From: Spirochaetia bacterium
GTDB taxonomy: Bacteria; Spirochaetota; Spirochaetia; DSM-2461
Assembly: GCA_963666985.2 (NCBI GenBank)
Contig: CAXXIA010000002.1
Location: forward strand, 832,001-896,000
Direction: 5' to 3'
Length of the DNA stretch: 64,000 nt
The notes under the pieces are model-generated. The model was not told where the DNA came from. It saw only the letters and a program-made list of their open reading frames with translations, and did no database searches. Position numbers and translations under genes: made by a program. This document shows positions 27,278-36,726 of this stretch, one piece after another. How positions within the stretch are numbered: position 1 is the stretch's first letter; the number at the start of each line of letters is the position of its first letter.

Positions 27278-28782
27278 TGCACTACCTCTGCTTTCTTACC
27301 TTTTCTGCCGCCGGAAGCAAGTTCAAGAATCGCTTCCTGAGAAAAATTCTCTTTTGTCAGCTCTCCGGCCATTTGCTGTTCGGCAAAAACGACGATTCGA
27401 TCCGACATACCCAACAGTTCTTCCATGTCGGAAGTTATCATGATGATGCATTTGCCTTCCTGACAAAGCTCGTTCATCAACTCATAAATCTCATGCTTCG
27501 CACCGACATCGATACCCCTGGTAGGTTCATCAAAAATGATGATGCTGGTATCCGCTGCCAAAGCTTTGGCGACAACGACTTTTTGCTGATTTCCGCCTGA
27601 AAGATTGAGGACTTTCTGTTCCAGGGAGGGAGCTTTAATCCTCAATCTGTTAAAATAAGATTCCGCAATCTCTTTTTCTTTCCGGCTGTCGATTTTTAAA
27701 AATCGGGATATTTTCCTGATGACATTGTACACAATGTTCCAGCTGATGGATTCCATCAGAAAACAGCCTTCCAGTTTCCGATCCTCGGGGATAAGCCCGA
27801 TTCCGTATTCCATGGCATCTTTAGGGGTTTTAATGTTAACTTCTTTTCCGTTAACCAATACTTTTCCCCATTGACGGTGTTCGGCTCCGAAGACAACCTT
27901 CATGATTTCCGTTCTGCCGGCACCGACCAGCCCCGCCACGCCGAGCACTTCATTGTTATAGGCTTTCAGAGAGATATTTTTAACGCCGTTACCCGTAAGG
28001 TTTCGGAGTTCCAGGGCCACATCGCCCTGCTCCGTTTTCCTTTTGGGATACGCTTCGGACAGCTCCCGGCCCACCATATATTTAATCAGTTCCGGACGGT
28101 CCGTCTCTTTAGTTTTCAATGTTGTGATGTACTTTCCGTCGCGCAGAACGGAAACCCTGTCGGAAACTTCGAATATTTCTTCCAAACGATGGGATATATA
28201 GATAATTGTCGCTCCATAGGCTTTCATTTGAGCGATAATTTTCATAAGGATTTCAATCTCGGAAACCGTAAGAGAGGCTGTTGGTTCATCAAGGATGAGA
28301 ATCCGCGGACTTTTCGTAATGGCCTTGGAAATCTCGACAATCTGCTTTTGAGCGGAACTTAATTCCCGAACAGGAGTTCCCGGATCAATGTCGATTCCGA
28401 ATTGATTAAACACGTCCTGGGCAATTTTGTTCATTTCCTTCTGATTGACGAGTTTGCCCATGCGTTTCCCGTAGCAGATATTCTCCGCGGCGGAAAGCGC
28501 GTCAATCAAATTGAATTCCTGATAAATACACTCGATGCCATGTGTTCGCGCGATGTTCGGAGTAATGCATGGAAAGGTGTCGTGCTGCAGGGTAATTTCA
28601 CCTTTATCCGGCTTAATGGCACCCGTTATGGTTTTAATAAATGTTGATTTTCCGGCACCGTTTTCCCCGACAATAGCGTGAACCTCACCTGCGGCGAAAC
28701 TCAGTGAGATATCGTTCAGCGCCACAACACCGGGATAGAACTTAGTAATATGACTCAGTGATAATACGTTATATGTGTCCAA
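27274..28782 (-). CDS. Monosaccharide ABC ATP-binding protein, RbsA/MglA-like
   Basis: 'GENGAGKST', 'LDEPT', 'LSGGNQQK', 'DEPTRGIDVGAK'; TTG start at 28782 preferred (AAAGGA RBS; track start lies in a hairpin). Confidence 0.92.
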   Translation of the reverse strand: MDTYNVLSLSHITKFYPGVVALNDISLSFAAGEVHAIVGENGAGKSTFIKTITGAIKPDKGEITLQHDTFPCITPNIARTHGIECIYQEFNLIDALSAAENICYGKRMGKLVNQKEMNKIAQDVFNQFGIDIDPGTPVRELSSAQKQIVEISKAITKSPRILILDEPTASLTVSEIEILMKIIAQMKAYGATIIYISHRLEEIFEVSDRVSVLRDGKYITTLKTKETDRPELIKYMVGRELSEAYPKRKTEQGDVALELRNLTGNGVKNISLKAYNNEVLGVAGLVGAGRTEIMKVVFGAEHRQWGKVLVNGKEVNIKTPKDAMEYGIGLIPEDRKLEGCFLMESISWNIVYNVIRKISRFLKIDSRKEKEIAESYFNRLRIKAPSLEQKVLNLSGGNQQKVVVAKALAADTSIIIFDEPTRGIDVGAKHEIYELMNELCQEGKCIIMITSDMEELLGMSDRIVVFAEQQMAGELTKENFSQEAILELASGGRKGKKAEVVQ

Positions 28783-28812
28783 CGAAGATCCTTTTATCGG
28801 AAGCATTGAGTA

Positions 28813-28845
28813 ATGAAGGGACACAAAGACTTTGTGTCCCTTCAT
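28813..28845. terminator. Perfect 16-bp inverted repeat between SBP and ATPase genes
   Basis: ATGAAGGGACACAAAG-A-CTTTGTGTCCCTTCAT. Confidence 0.65.
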
Positions 28846-28896
28846 ACATCATAAGATTTTTATAACATAGTTACCAAATTCAATGGTAAATGCTGT

Positions 28897-29973
28897 TTAG
28901 TATTTATACTTCTTCGCGGGATTGTCTTCACCCATTTTCCAGCTCATCGAAAAATCGAACGTGGCGAAAGTGTACACGGGATCGTAATAGACATCGCCGA
29001 ATTTCCAAGAACCGTCGGTGGATCCCAACAGAAGCATGGCCAGAGTCTGACCGGTAATGGGAGGAGCTTCACCATAGGTGACATATCCCTTAAACGGCGT
29101 GCTGGAAGGATTGGCTTTCGCCTTCTCCAGCTCTTCGGTTGTTGCGGAATCGAAGTAGCAGTTAACAACACAGAAATTCTTCAAATCAATTCCATTATCC
29201 TTGCCGTACTTGGACAGGAAGGAAACAACACCAACCATGCAGTCGGGCTCATAGCAGACAAAAATTCGAAGATTGGGATTGGCCGTCATCATATTTTCGG
29301 CCCAGTTATAGCCCGTGTTCTGAGCATCGTTACCGTAGGCAACGTTGGTGTTGTAAACATAAAGGCTGCTGCTTTCTTCCGTTCTGTCGCGGAAAGCGTT
29401 GGAACGGTACTGACCGTCTTCAATATCGTCATAGACATCAAGAGCGACGGGGATACCCTTCTTGTCGGCCGGAGGATTATTAATTTTCGCCCAGGCCTCA
29501 ACCATCTCGATGGCAAAGAAACCGGTAATTTCATAAGCGGTATAGACAGCCGCATTGATGGTATAGTCCTTAGGCAGAGCACCGAGATAACAGACGGCGA
29601 TACCGGCGTCAATCGCTCTCTGGGCAACATCTTTCAGCATATCGACGGCCATGGCGGCGCACATAATCGCACCGACTTTCTTGGAAGCAATGGCATCTTC
29701 AATAAAGGTAACCTGCTTCCCCGGATCGCCCGCGGCATCTTTGGCGACATATTTCCAGCCCTGTGCTTCCATAGCGGCACCCATCGAGTTGGAAATAATC
29801 ATCAAACCTTCGGCGTTCGTGGTAGGAAGAACCGACCAGACTTCCTTTTGTCCGTTCCAGGTAAAATCAACGGCTGATGCGTCCGCCGAAGCGGGAGCCG
29901 CGTCCTGCGCTCCGCCGGCAAATGCGGAAACAGCCAGGGTGATCATAAGAAGGACTGAAAGAATTCTCTTCAT
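28897..29973 (-). CDS. Sugar ABC substrate-binding protein (Peripla_BP type)
   Basis: Signal peptide then 'FAGGAQD'; 'DAAGDPGKQVTFIEDAI', 'AENMMTANPNL'; heads ABC operon. Confidence 0.85.
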   Translation of the reverse strand: MKRILSVLLMITLAVSAFAGGAQDAAPASADASAVDFTWNGQKEVWSVLPTTNAEGLMIISNSMGAAMEAQGWKYVAKDAAGDPGKQVTFIEDAIASKKVGAIMCAAMAVDMLKDVAQRAIDAGIAVCYLGALPKDYTINAAVYTAYEITGFFAIEMVEAWAKINNPPADKKGIPVALDVYDDIEDGQYRSNAFRDRTEESSSLYVYNTNVAYGNDAQNTGYNWAENMMTANPNLRIFVCYEPDCMVGVVSFLSKYGKDNGIDLKNFCVVNCYFDSATTEELEKAKANPSSTPFKGYVTYGEAPPITGQTLAMLLLGSTDGSWKFGDVYYDPVYTFATFDFSMSWKMGEDNPAKKYKY

Positions 29974-30214
29974 ACCTATCTCCTTTCCCTTTTAAAATTG
30001 TTTATGAAGCACCGAGACAACCGACGTTGCCCGGTGTTGTCCGAACGATTATTCCCCTACCTAATAAGAAAACGAGAGAATATCGTTCTCTATTAGCAAA
30101 AGAGTAATCAATTAACTATATTTGACACCTTATCTTGGGACAACAAACATTTTTGTACATTCGAAACTCAAATTTGTATCATGCCGAAGGCGATTTCACA
30201 CATTGGAACGGTGA

Positions 30215-31042
30215 TTATGCCTTTGATTCGTTATCTCCCCGCATCATTATTAACTCTCCGTAGAGTTCAACCCTCCGGTCGCCGAGTAAATTATTCGCGG
30301 AATCAAGATTCTTGTTCCGAGCCGTTTCCGGATCAATATCCACGAAACACGACTCATCCGCGGATACGGGAGCGGAAGCAAGAACAACTCCCCGAGGGGC
30401 GGTAATCCGGCTTCCACCCGTAAAGGCGATTTCCTTTCCTTCCCGCATCTCGCTGCCGTAACGGTTTGCCGTAACGGCAAAGAGATTATTCTCCAAACAT
30501 CGGGTAATCATGGATTTCTGACACCAGTCCATCACCAAATTCGCCGGATGAGCGATAACATCGGCGCCCTTAAGGGCCAAGAGCCGAGCGGTCTCGGGAA
30601 AAAACCAATCGAAACAGATCATCATGCCTACTTTTAAACCGCCGATATCATAGACCGCCGGAGGCTCGGGCCCCGGATCGAACAGCTGACTTTCGAATCC
30701 GAAAAGATGAATCTTGCGATAGACGGCGGTCAAACCTTCAGGACCGACGAGAACCGCGGAATTGTAAAGCCTGTTTCCTGCGCGTTCGGCGAACCCGGCC
30801 GCGACATGATACCCGCCGGAGCGGCAGAGATTCGTAAGAAGATCGACGGACGGAGAATCGCCGGTCTCCTCGGCCAAGGAGAAAACCTCTTCTCTATCCT
30901 TCATGCAGTAACCGGTAAAAGAGAGTTCGGGTAAAACAATAAGATCGGCGGACACGCCGTCCAAAGCCGCGGCGATACGGTCCCGATTGGCGTGAACATC
31001 ACCGAGAACCGGTTTAAACTGAATATAACCGATGCGTTTCAT
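30215..31042 (-). CDS. Carbon-nitrogen hydrolase (nitrilase superfamily)
   Basis: E-K-C triad: 'VLPEL', 'YRKIHL', 'ICFDWFFPE'; start ATG 31042 after GGAGGG. Confidence 0.92.
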   Translation of the reverse strand: MKRIGYIQFKPVLGDVHANRDRIAAALDGVSADLIVLPELSFTGYCMKDREEVFSLAEETGDSPSVDLLTNLCRSGGYHVAAGFAERAGNRLYNSAVLVGPEGLTAVYRKIHLFGFESQLFDPGPEPPAVYDIGGLKVGMMICFDWFFPETARLLALKGADVIAHPANLVMDWCQKSMITRCLENNLFAVTANRYGSEMREGKEIAFTGGSRITAPRGVVLASAPVSADESCFVDIDPETARNKNLDSANNLLGDRRVELYGELIMMRGDNESKA

Positions 31043-31095
31043 GCTCCCTCCTTTGTCAGGATACACCGGCGGGCCCGGGTATTATAGATGCCGCA

Positions 31096-31691
31096 TTATT
31101 CCCCCGCATTATCCCCCGAAAAACATTGCTTCCGAAAGCGTTCCAGATCATCCTCATCATTCGCCGGGCCGAAACGGCACTCCCAGGTATGATCCGTCCC
31201 GAAAGTCCAAAGCTCCCTCCACGGCGGCTCCAAAGGATTCCCGTCGGAATCCTGGGCCAGCCAAGTGGCCGGCAGAGACGACCAGAGCCCCATTACCACA
31301 GGTTCGCCGCGGAATCGAAAAAAGTACCGGCCCCGATGAGTTCCCGCCGGAATCCAATGCTCGGGAGGAATTTCCACCGAAACGCCGAAGGCCCGGCGAT
31401 GGAAAAACGGAAAAGTCCGAGCCGCCGTAAACCGGGCGGAGGCGCCCAAATAACCGCTACGGGACGTCTCCGCCTCCGAATCGGCCGTTTCCGGCACGCC
31501 TGCCTCATCGGATGAAAAATCGCCGCTATTTATCCCGCCGCCGTCAATTCCATGAGAAATCACCCGAACCCGTTTCGGCGCGCGCTCTCCCGTCTCGAAC
31601 GCCCCCCTATATCGCGGACCGATCGGAGCAAATCCCGAAACAGGCGGCCGCAACAGCCACCCGCAAGGGAGATCAACAAAATCCGACTCAC
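31096..31691 (-). CDS. Possible hypothetical protein, 5' end unclear or frameshifted
   Basis: C-terminal ~190 codons of track ORF 31096..31980 look protein-like (Trp/Phe-rich); N-terminal part is Arg-rich and implausible. Confidence 0.3.
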
Positions 31692-31964
31692 TCGTCCGCC
31701 AACTGCGCCAACTCCCCAAACTGCGCCGCATCGCCCGCCGTGCCCCTCGCCGCCGAACACTCTCGCGCCCGCCGGACCGCGCATCTCGCCGCGCCGCCTG
31801 CCGAAGGCCCCTCCAGAATGAACCTCGCCGAGCTTTCCGCAGCCTACATCTCCGCGAATCGGCGCTTGAATCACTTATCCCGCAATCCACCGTCAGAATC
31901 CAGCCGTCCAAAAAGCCCCGCCCCCTTAAGTTCATTCGAAAACACCATAAGCCGATAAAGAAGC

Positions 31965-32573
31965 ATGAGCTCATCCGCATGCCGCCTCGCCGCCCTTCTG
32001 CCCATCCTGACCGCCCTCGCCCTCCCGATCAAGGCCGCCGCCCCATGGGAACAGACGGGCATCGCCTCGTGGTACGGCGGAATCTTCCAGGGACGAATAA
32101 CGGCCAACGGAGAAACCTACGACACCTACGGCTACACCTGCGCCCACAAAACCCTCCCCTTCAACACGCTTTTAGAAGTGGAAAACCTCGGCAACGGTCA
32201 CACCGTCCGAGTCCGCGTCAACGACCGCGGCCCCTTCGTGGAAGGCCGCATCATCGACCTTACCTACGCCGCCGCCGCCGAACTGGACATGATCCGCGAC
32301 GGCACCGTCGAAGTTCGCATCACAGCCGTGGAAGAAAGCATTCCCGAAGTCCGATTCAACATTCAAGTCGGCGCCTGGGGCACCCTTGAGAATGCCGTGC
32401 TCCATCGAAAACGCCTGGAAGAAGCGGGCCTCGAACCCACGGCCGCCCTCTCGGACGACGGCATCACGCGCCTTTCTATCGCCGAAGTGGCCGAAGCCGA
32501 CGTCTTCCCCCTGGCTCAAATCCTCGAAGAACTCGGCTACACCGACCTTTTCATCTACCAAGTCTCCGAATAA
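31965..32573 (+). CDS. rlpA: Septal ring lytic transglycosylase RlpA with SPOR-like C-terminus
   Basis: 'GIASWYG', 'TANGE', 'AHKTLPF', 'VNDRGPFVEGRIIDL', 'IQVGAW'. Confidence 0.93.
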   Translation: MSSSACRLAALLPILTALALPIKAAAPWEQTGIASWYGGIFQGRITANGETYDTYGYTCAHKTLPFNTLLEVENLGNGHTVRVRVNDRGPFVEGRIIDLTYAAAAELDMIRDGTVEVRITAVEESIPEVRFNIQVGAWGTLENAVLHRKRLEEAGLEPTAALSDDGITRLSIAEVAEADVFPLAQILEELGYTDLFIYQVSE

Positions 32574-33030
32574 ACCCAGGCACGCTCACGGCGCCGCGTA
32601 ATCACATTTTTTTTAAAAAAGGGGCCGACCCCCGAAGCCGATCCGATGCCCCGCCCCCGAATCGAAAAGCACCCGTTATCCCGATACCTCCGGGATCGTC
32701 CTTCAACGTCAACCGCTTCGGTCCGAATCCCCCCGGATCCGCCCGGCCGGCGAACCCGAACCGATAAGGCCGCCCCCCATCCGCATTCGGCCCTGCCGCA
32801 CACGGCCCATCAGGCGGCGCCCAGCCGGTCAATCGCCTTCTTGTGCGGCCTCTTTCAGCGGACCCGACCGAACAGCCGCACCTCAGGCCCCTTCGAATCC
32901 CCCACGGATCGCCGGCCGCGGCATCTTGACCGAAGACATCCCATTTGCCTATCGTAATGAACCGGTCCGTTTTGCGGCGACCCGATAATGTTTTGCAGGG
33001 CGCCGACAATTTCATGCGGACCACACACAA

Positions 33031-33061
33031 TACCTCGGACTTGATCCGAAAAGGACAGGTA
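33031..33061 (+). promoter_or_regulatory. Structured leader of pan operon, candidate pan RNA motif
   Basis: TACCT/AGGTA outer stem with TCC-GAAAA-GGA inner hairpin, ~100 nt upstream of panB. Confidence 0.4.
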
Positions 33062-33159
33062 CCCATGATTCTCTTCGCAACCGGCATGCCCGGTTATTTT
33101 CGTTATCACAACAGTTCCCGCCTCTCCGTTTCGCCTCTCGGCATTCACGGAGGAACCTC

Positions 33160-33948
33160 ATGACCGTCGTCGATTTCGCGAAAAAGAAACGCGGCGGCAT
33201 TCCCATTTCCATGGTCACCTCCTACGACAGCTGGAGCGCCGCCCTGGTGGCCCAAAGCCAAGTGGACTGCATCCTCGTCGGAGACAGTATCGGCATGACC
33301 CTCTACGGTTATACCGACACCGTTCCGGTTACGATTGAAACCATGGCCGCCCATGTCGCTGCGGCGCGCCGCGGCGCTCCGGAGGCGTTTATCGTCGGTG
33401 ACATGCCCTTTCTCGCCCACCGCATGGGTTTGGAGCGGACCATGGAAAACGTCGCGCGCCTCATGCGCGCCGGAGCCAATGCCGTCAAAATGGAAGGAGC
33501 CGCGGGAAATACGGATCTCATTCGGCACATCGTGGAATCCGGAGTTCCGGTAATGGGCCATTTGGGACTCACTCCCCAGTCGGTTCATGCCTTCGGGGGA
33601 TTCCGCGTCCAGGGAAAAAGTCAAAACGCCCAAAAACGCCTTCTGGAAGATGTCCGCATGCTGGAAGATTCGGGATGCTTTTCGCTGGTTCTGGAAGCGG
33701 TTCCCGCCGCAATCGCGGCTCAGGCATCCGAATCGGTCTCCATCCCGATTATCGGTATCGGCGCCGGAACCGGAACGGACGGTCAGGTTCTGGTGCTCCA
33801 GGATCTTTTGGGGCTGAATACGGATTTCAAGCCGAAATTCGTACGCCGTTTCCTGGACGGCGCCTCTTTGGTGGTCGGAGCGCTGAACGATTATCACCGG
33901 GAAATAACCGCCGGAACGTTCCCCGATGAAACGGAGCGGTACGAATAA
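33160..33948 (+). CDS. panB: 3-methyl-2-oxobutanoate hydroxymethyltransferase
   Basis: 'LVGDS', 'DMPF', 'AVKMEG', 'GHLGLTPQ', 'IGIGAG..DGQVLV'. Confidence 0.97.
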   Translation: MTVVDFAKKKRGGIPISMVTSYDSWSAALVAQSQVDCILVGDSIGMTLYGYTDTVPVTIETMAAHVAAARRGAPEAFIVGDMPFLAHRMGLERTMENVARLMRAGANAVKMEGAAGNTDLIRHIVESGVPVMGHLGLTPQSVHAFGGFRVQGKSQNAQKRLLEDVRMLEDSGCFSLVLEAVPAAIAAQASESVSIPIIGIGAGTGTDGQVLVLQDLLGLNTDFKPKFVRRFLDGASLVVGALNDYHREITAGTFPDETERYE

Positions 33949-34709
33949 TGGAAATCCTCGAAACCGTCGATATCGCCAAAGATCGTTTGAGAACAATTCG
34001 GAACAAAGGCCTCGGCCTCGGCTTTGTTCCAACCATGGGCGCCATCCACGAAGGTCATTTAAGCCTTGTACGGCGCGCCGCGGAAGAAAACGACCGAACG
34101 GCGGTCAGCATCTTCGTGAATCCCACCCAATTCGACAATCCCGAAGACCTTGAACAATACCCTCGGGATTTGGAAGGCGACCGCGGACTTTTGGCCGAGG
34201 CCGGTGCGGATTTTCTCTTCTATCCCGACGCGGATGCGATGTACCCCGATGCTTATCGTTATAAGGTAATCGAGACCGAAAAAAGCCGAATCCTTGAAGG
34301 AGCTCATCGCCCGGGACATTTCGACGGAGTTTTAACCGTGGTGCTCAAACTGCTCAACCTGGTCGCCGCCGACCGGGCGTATTTCGGTGAAAAAGATTGG
34401 CAGCAATTTACACTGGTGCAAGAAATGGCCGAGGCCTTTTTCCTGGACACGAAAATCATTCCCTGTTCCACCGTACGGGAAAATGACGGCTTAGCCTTGA
34501 GTTCCCGCAACAGCCTGCTGAATAATCGGGAACGTCTGCTGGCACCGAAACTCCACCGCATCCTTTCGGGAAAGAAGTCTCCGGAGGAAAAAGCGGCGGC
34601 TCTTCGGAAGGAAGGATTCGACGTGGATTATGTAGAACGATGGAACGGCCGCCTTCTTGCAGCCGCAGGACTCGGAAAAGTGAGGTTAATCGATAATGTC
34701 CCCGAATAA
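33948..34709 (+). CDS. panC: Pantoate--beta-alanine ligase
   Basis: 'FVPTMGAIHEGH', 'SIFVNPTQF', 'RPGHFDGV', 'FGEKDWQQ', 'LALSSRN', 'RLIDN'. Confidence 0.97.
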   Translation: MEILETVDIAKDRLRTIRNKGLGLGFVPTMGAIHEGHLSLVRRAAEENDRTAVSIFVNPTQFDNPEDLEQYPRDLEGDRGLLAEAGADFLFYPDADAMYPDAYRYKVIETEKSRILEGAHRPGHFDGVLTVVLKLLNLVAADRAYFGEKDWQQFTLVQEMAEAFFLDTKIIPCSTVRENDGLALSSRNSLLNNRERLLAPKLHRILSGKKSPEEKAAALRKEGFDVDYVERWNGRLLAAAGLGKVRLIDNVPE

Positions 34710-35256
34710 AGAAAATGGTGAGCCGAAGAAAATCGTTCTGATGATCGGCGGCTCCATCGCCGCCTTCAAGGCCGCTTCCCTGGCATCTCTTATGATTAAG
34801 GAAGGCTGGAAAGTTCAGTGCATCACCTCCGACGGAGGAGCGCGGTTCATCGGCGAGGCGACGCTGGAAGGCCTTACCGGTCGGCCGGTGCTTTCGGACC
34901 TGTTCGAATGCGGACGGGCTCTGGATCATATCGCTCTGGCGGATTGGGCCGATCTCATTCTCTTTTACCCGGCTTCGGCGAACCGTATCGCCAGACTGCG
35001 CGGCGGACTTTCCGACGATTTATGCGGAGCGCTGTTTTTGGCGAACAACTTCCGCAAACCGTTCTGGATCGCTCCGGCGATGAACAGCAACATGTTCGCT
35101 CATCCAGCCGTCGTCGAAGCCGTTTCGATTCTCGAAGGATGGGGCTGCCGGATTCTGCCCACCGGCGAGGGCCGACTGGCTTGCGGGAGCGTGGGATACG
35201 GACGGCTGCTGGAACCGGAAGAAACAATGAATCTCCTGAAAGAAGAACTCTCATGA
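34696..35256 (+). CDS. coaC: Phosphopantothenoylcysteine decarboxylase, stand-alone flavoprotein
   Basis: 'GSIAAFKA', 'HIALADWAD', 'PASAN', 'APAMNSNM', 'LACGSVGYGRL'. Confidence 0.92.
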   Translation: MSPNKENGEPKKIVLMIGGSIAAFKAASLASLMIKEGWKVQCITSDGGARFIGEATLEGLTGRPVLSDLFECGRALDHIALADWADLILFYPASANRIARLRGGLSDDLCGALFLANNFRKPFWIAPAMNSNMFAHPAVVEAVSILEGWGCRILPTGEGRLACGSVGYGRLLEPEETMNLLKEELS

Positions 35257-35916
35257 ACATCCTCATAACATCGGGCGGCACCGAAGAGGCTATCGATGGG
35301 GTGCGGTGTATCACCAACAGCTCCACGGGAAGAACCGGAGCGGCCATCGCCGGCTATTTCTCCGAACGCGGTGCCGACGTTCTTCTGCTGCGGGCCGAAA
35401 AGGCCGCGGGGGCGCCGCAGGGCGTTACCGAAAGGCGCTACCGTTCCTACGCCGATCTGGCCGCCGCTTTGAAAAAGATCCTGGGCGCCGAAAAATGGGA
35501 TGCGGTGATTCATTTGGCGGCGGTGAGCGATTACACCGTGGCCGCGGTGGAAGTGGACGGTAATCCCTTTTCCCCCGGCGGTCCCGGAAAAATCGCCGGA
35601 GGCAGGGATGTAAAAATCACGCTGAAGCCGACCGCCAAGATTCTCGATTCCCTGCGTTCCTGGAGTTCCAATCCCGGACTCGTCGTCGTGGGTTTTAAGC
35701 TTACCGACGGAGCCTCCCCGGGAAGAACAGGACGCCGCGGTTGCGGACATCTTTCACCGGAACGCGGCGGACTATGTCGTACACAACGACTTAGCCGATA
35801 TGAACGAAAAACGGCATCCCGCAACCCTCCGGAATCCCGGCGGTATTCTGAAACAAGCGGAAACCAATGAAGGCATCGCCGCGGCTTTGTATGAGCGGCT
35901 CACTCTAAGGAGATAG
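35253..35916 (+). pseudogene. coaB: Phosphopantothenate--cysteine ligase with +1 frameshift (probably assembly error)
   Basis: 'ITSGGTEEAIDGVRCITNSSTG', 'HLAAVSDY', 'VGFKL'; after CCCCGGG (35716-35722) the +1 frame gives 'EEQDAAVADIF..DYVVHNDL..' ending TAG 35916, 3 bp before coaX. Confidence 0.85.
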
Positions 35917-35919
35917 CAT

Positions 35920-36699
35920 ATGAATCTTTGTCTCGACGTGGGGAATTCTCAAATTTACGGCGGCTTATACGATAATGAGAAGCTTTTATTCCATTTCAGG
36001 CGTATCACGGAACGCGTGTCGTCCAGCGATGAACTGGGGATTTTCTTCCGGCAGGTTATCAGGGAGAACGGATTCGATCCCTCGGACGTGGATGCCGTCG
36101 GTTACTGTTCGGTGGTTCCCAATTTAAATCACGCTTTACACAACGCGAGCCTCCGCTATTTCAGCGTCGAACCGTTCAGCCTTAAGGCCGGAGTTAAAAC
36201 CGGGCTGAAAATCCGGTATAAGAATCCCGCGGAAGTAGGAGCCGATCGTATCGCCGACGCCATCGGAGCCGTGGCCCGGTATCCCGATGAAAACTTGATT
36301 ATCGTTGATTTCGGCACCGCCACCACCGTTGAGGCCATCGGCGCGAACCGGGACTATTTGGGCGGCGCCATTATTCCCGGACTCCGTACGGCTATGGATT
36401 CTCTGGAAAAAGCCACCGCCAGGCTGCCCAAAGTTGAAATAATCAAACCGGAAAGAAGCTGCGGCCGATCAACCATAGAAAGTATTCAGTCGGGACTCTA
36501 TTGGGGGCATTTGGGCGGTATTCGGGAGTTAATCGGCCGATACCGCAAGGAAAATTTTTCGGGAGAAGAATGCCGCGTGGTTGCCACCGGAGGATTCGCC
36601 GGTCTTTTCGAAGAGGCGGATATATTCGATGTCGTTCACCGCGATCTTGTTCTGGAAGGTATTCGTATCGCCCAGAGCATGAATACCCCGGAACTCTAA
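35920..36699 (+). CDS. coaX: Type III pantothenate kinase
   Basis: 'LDVGNS', 'SVVP', 'VGADR', 'VDFGTATT', 'GGAIIPG', 'ATGG'. Confidence 0.96.
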   Translation: MNLCLDVGNSQIYGGLYDNEKLLFHFRRITERVSSSDELGIFFRQVIRENGFDPSDVDAVGYCSVVPNLNHALHNASLRYFSVEPFSLKAGVKTGLKIRYKNPAEVGADRIADAIGAVARYPDENLIIVDFGTATTVEAIGANRDYLGGAIIPGLRTAMDSLEKATARLPKVEIIKPERSCGRSTIESIQSGLYWGHLGGIRELIGRYRKENFSGEECRVVATGGFAGLFEEADIFDVVHRDLVLEGIRIAQSMNTPEL

Positions 36700-36726
36700 T
36701 CCGTACGGTCCTGTTCGCTCGGCCTT

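Noticed and set aside
30040..30092. LacI-like operators upstream of sugar SBP (GAGAATATCGTTCTC)
   Set aside because: Weak palindrome and no cognate regulator nearby
31400..31470. RNase P RNA-like 'GAAAAGTCCGAGC'
   Set aside because: Other universally conserved RNase P segments not found
32880..32910. tRNA/tmRNA T-loop-like 'TTCGAATCCC'
   Set aside because: No T-stem, acceptor stem or CCA end
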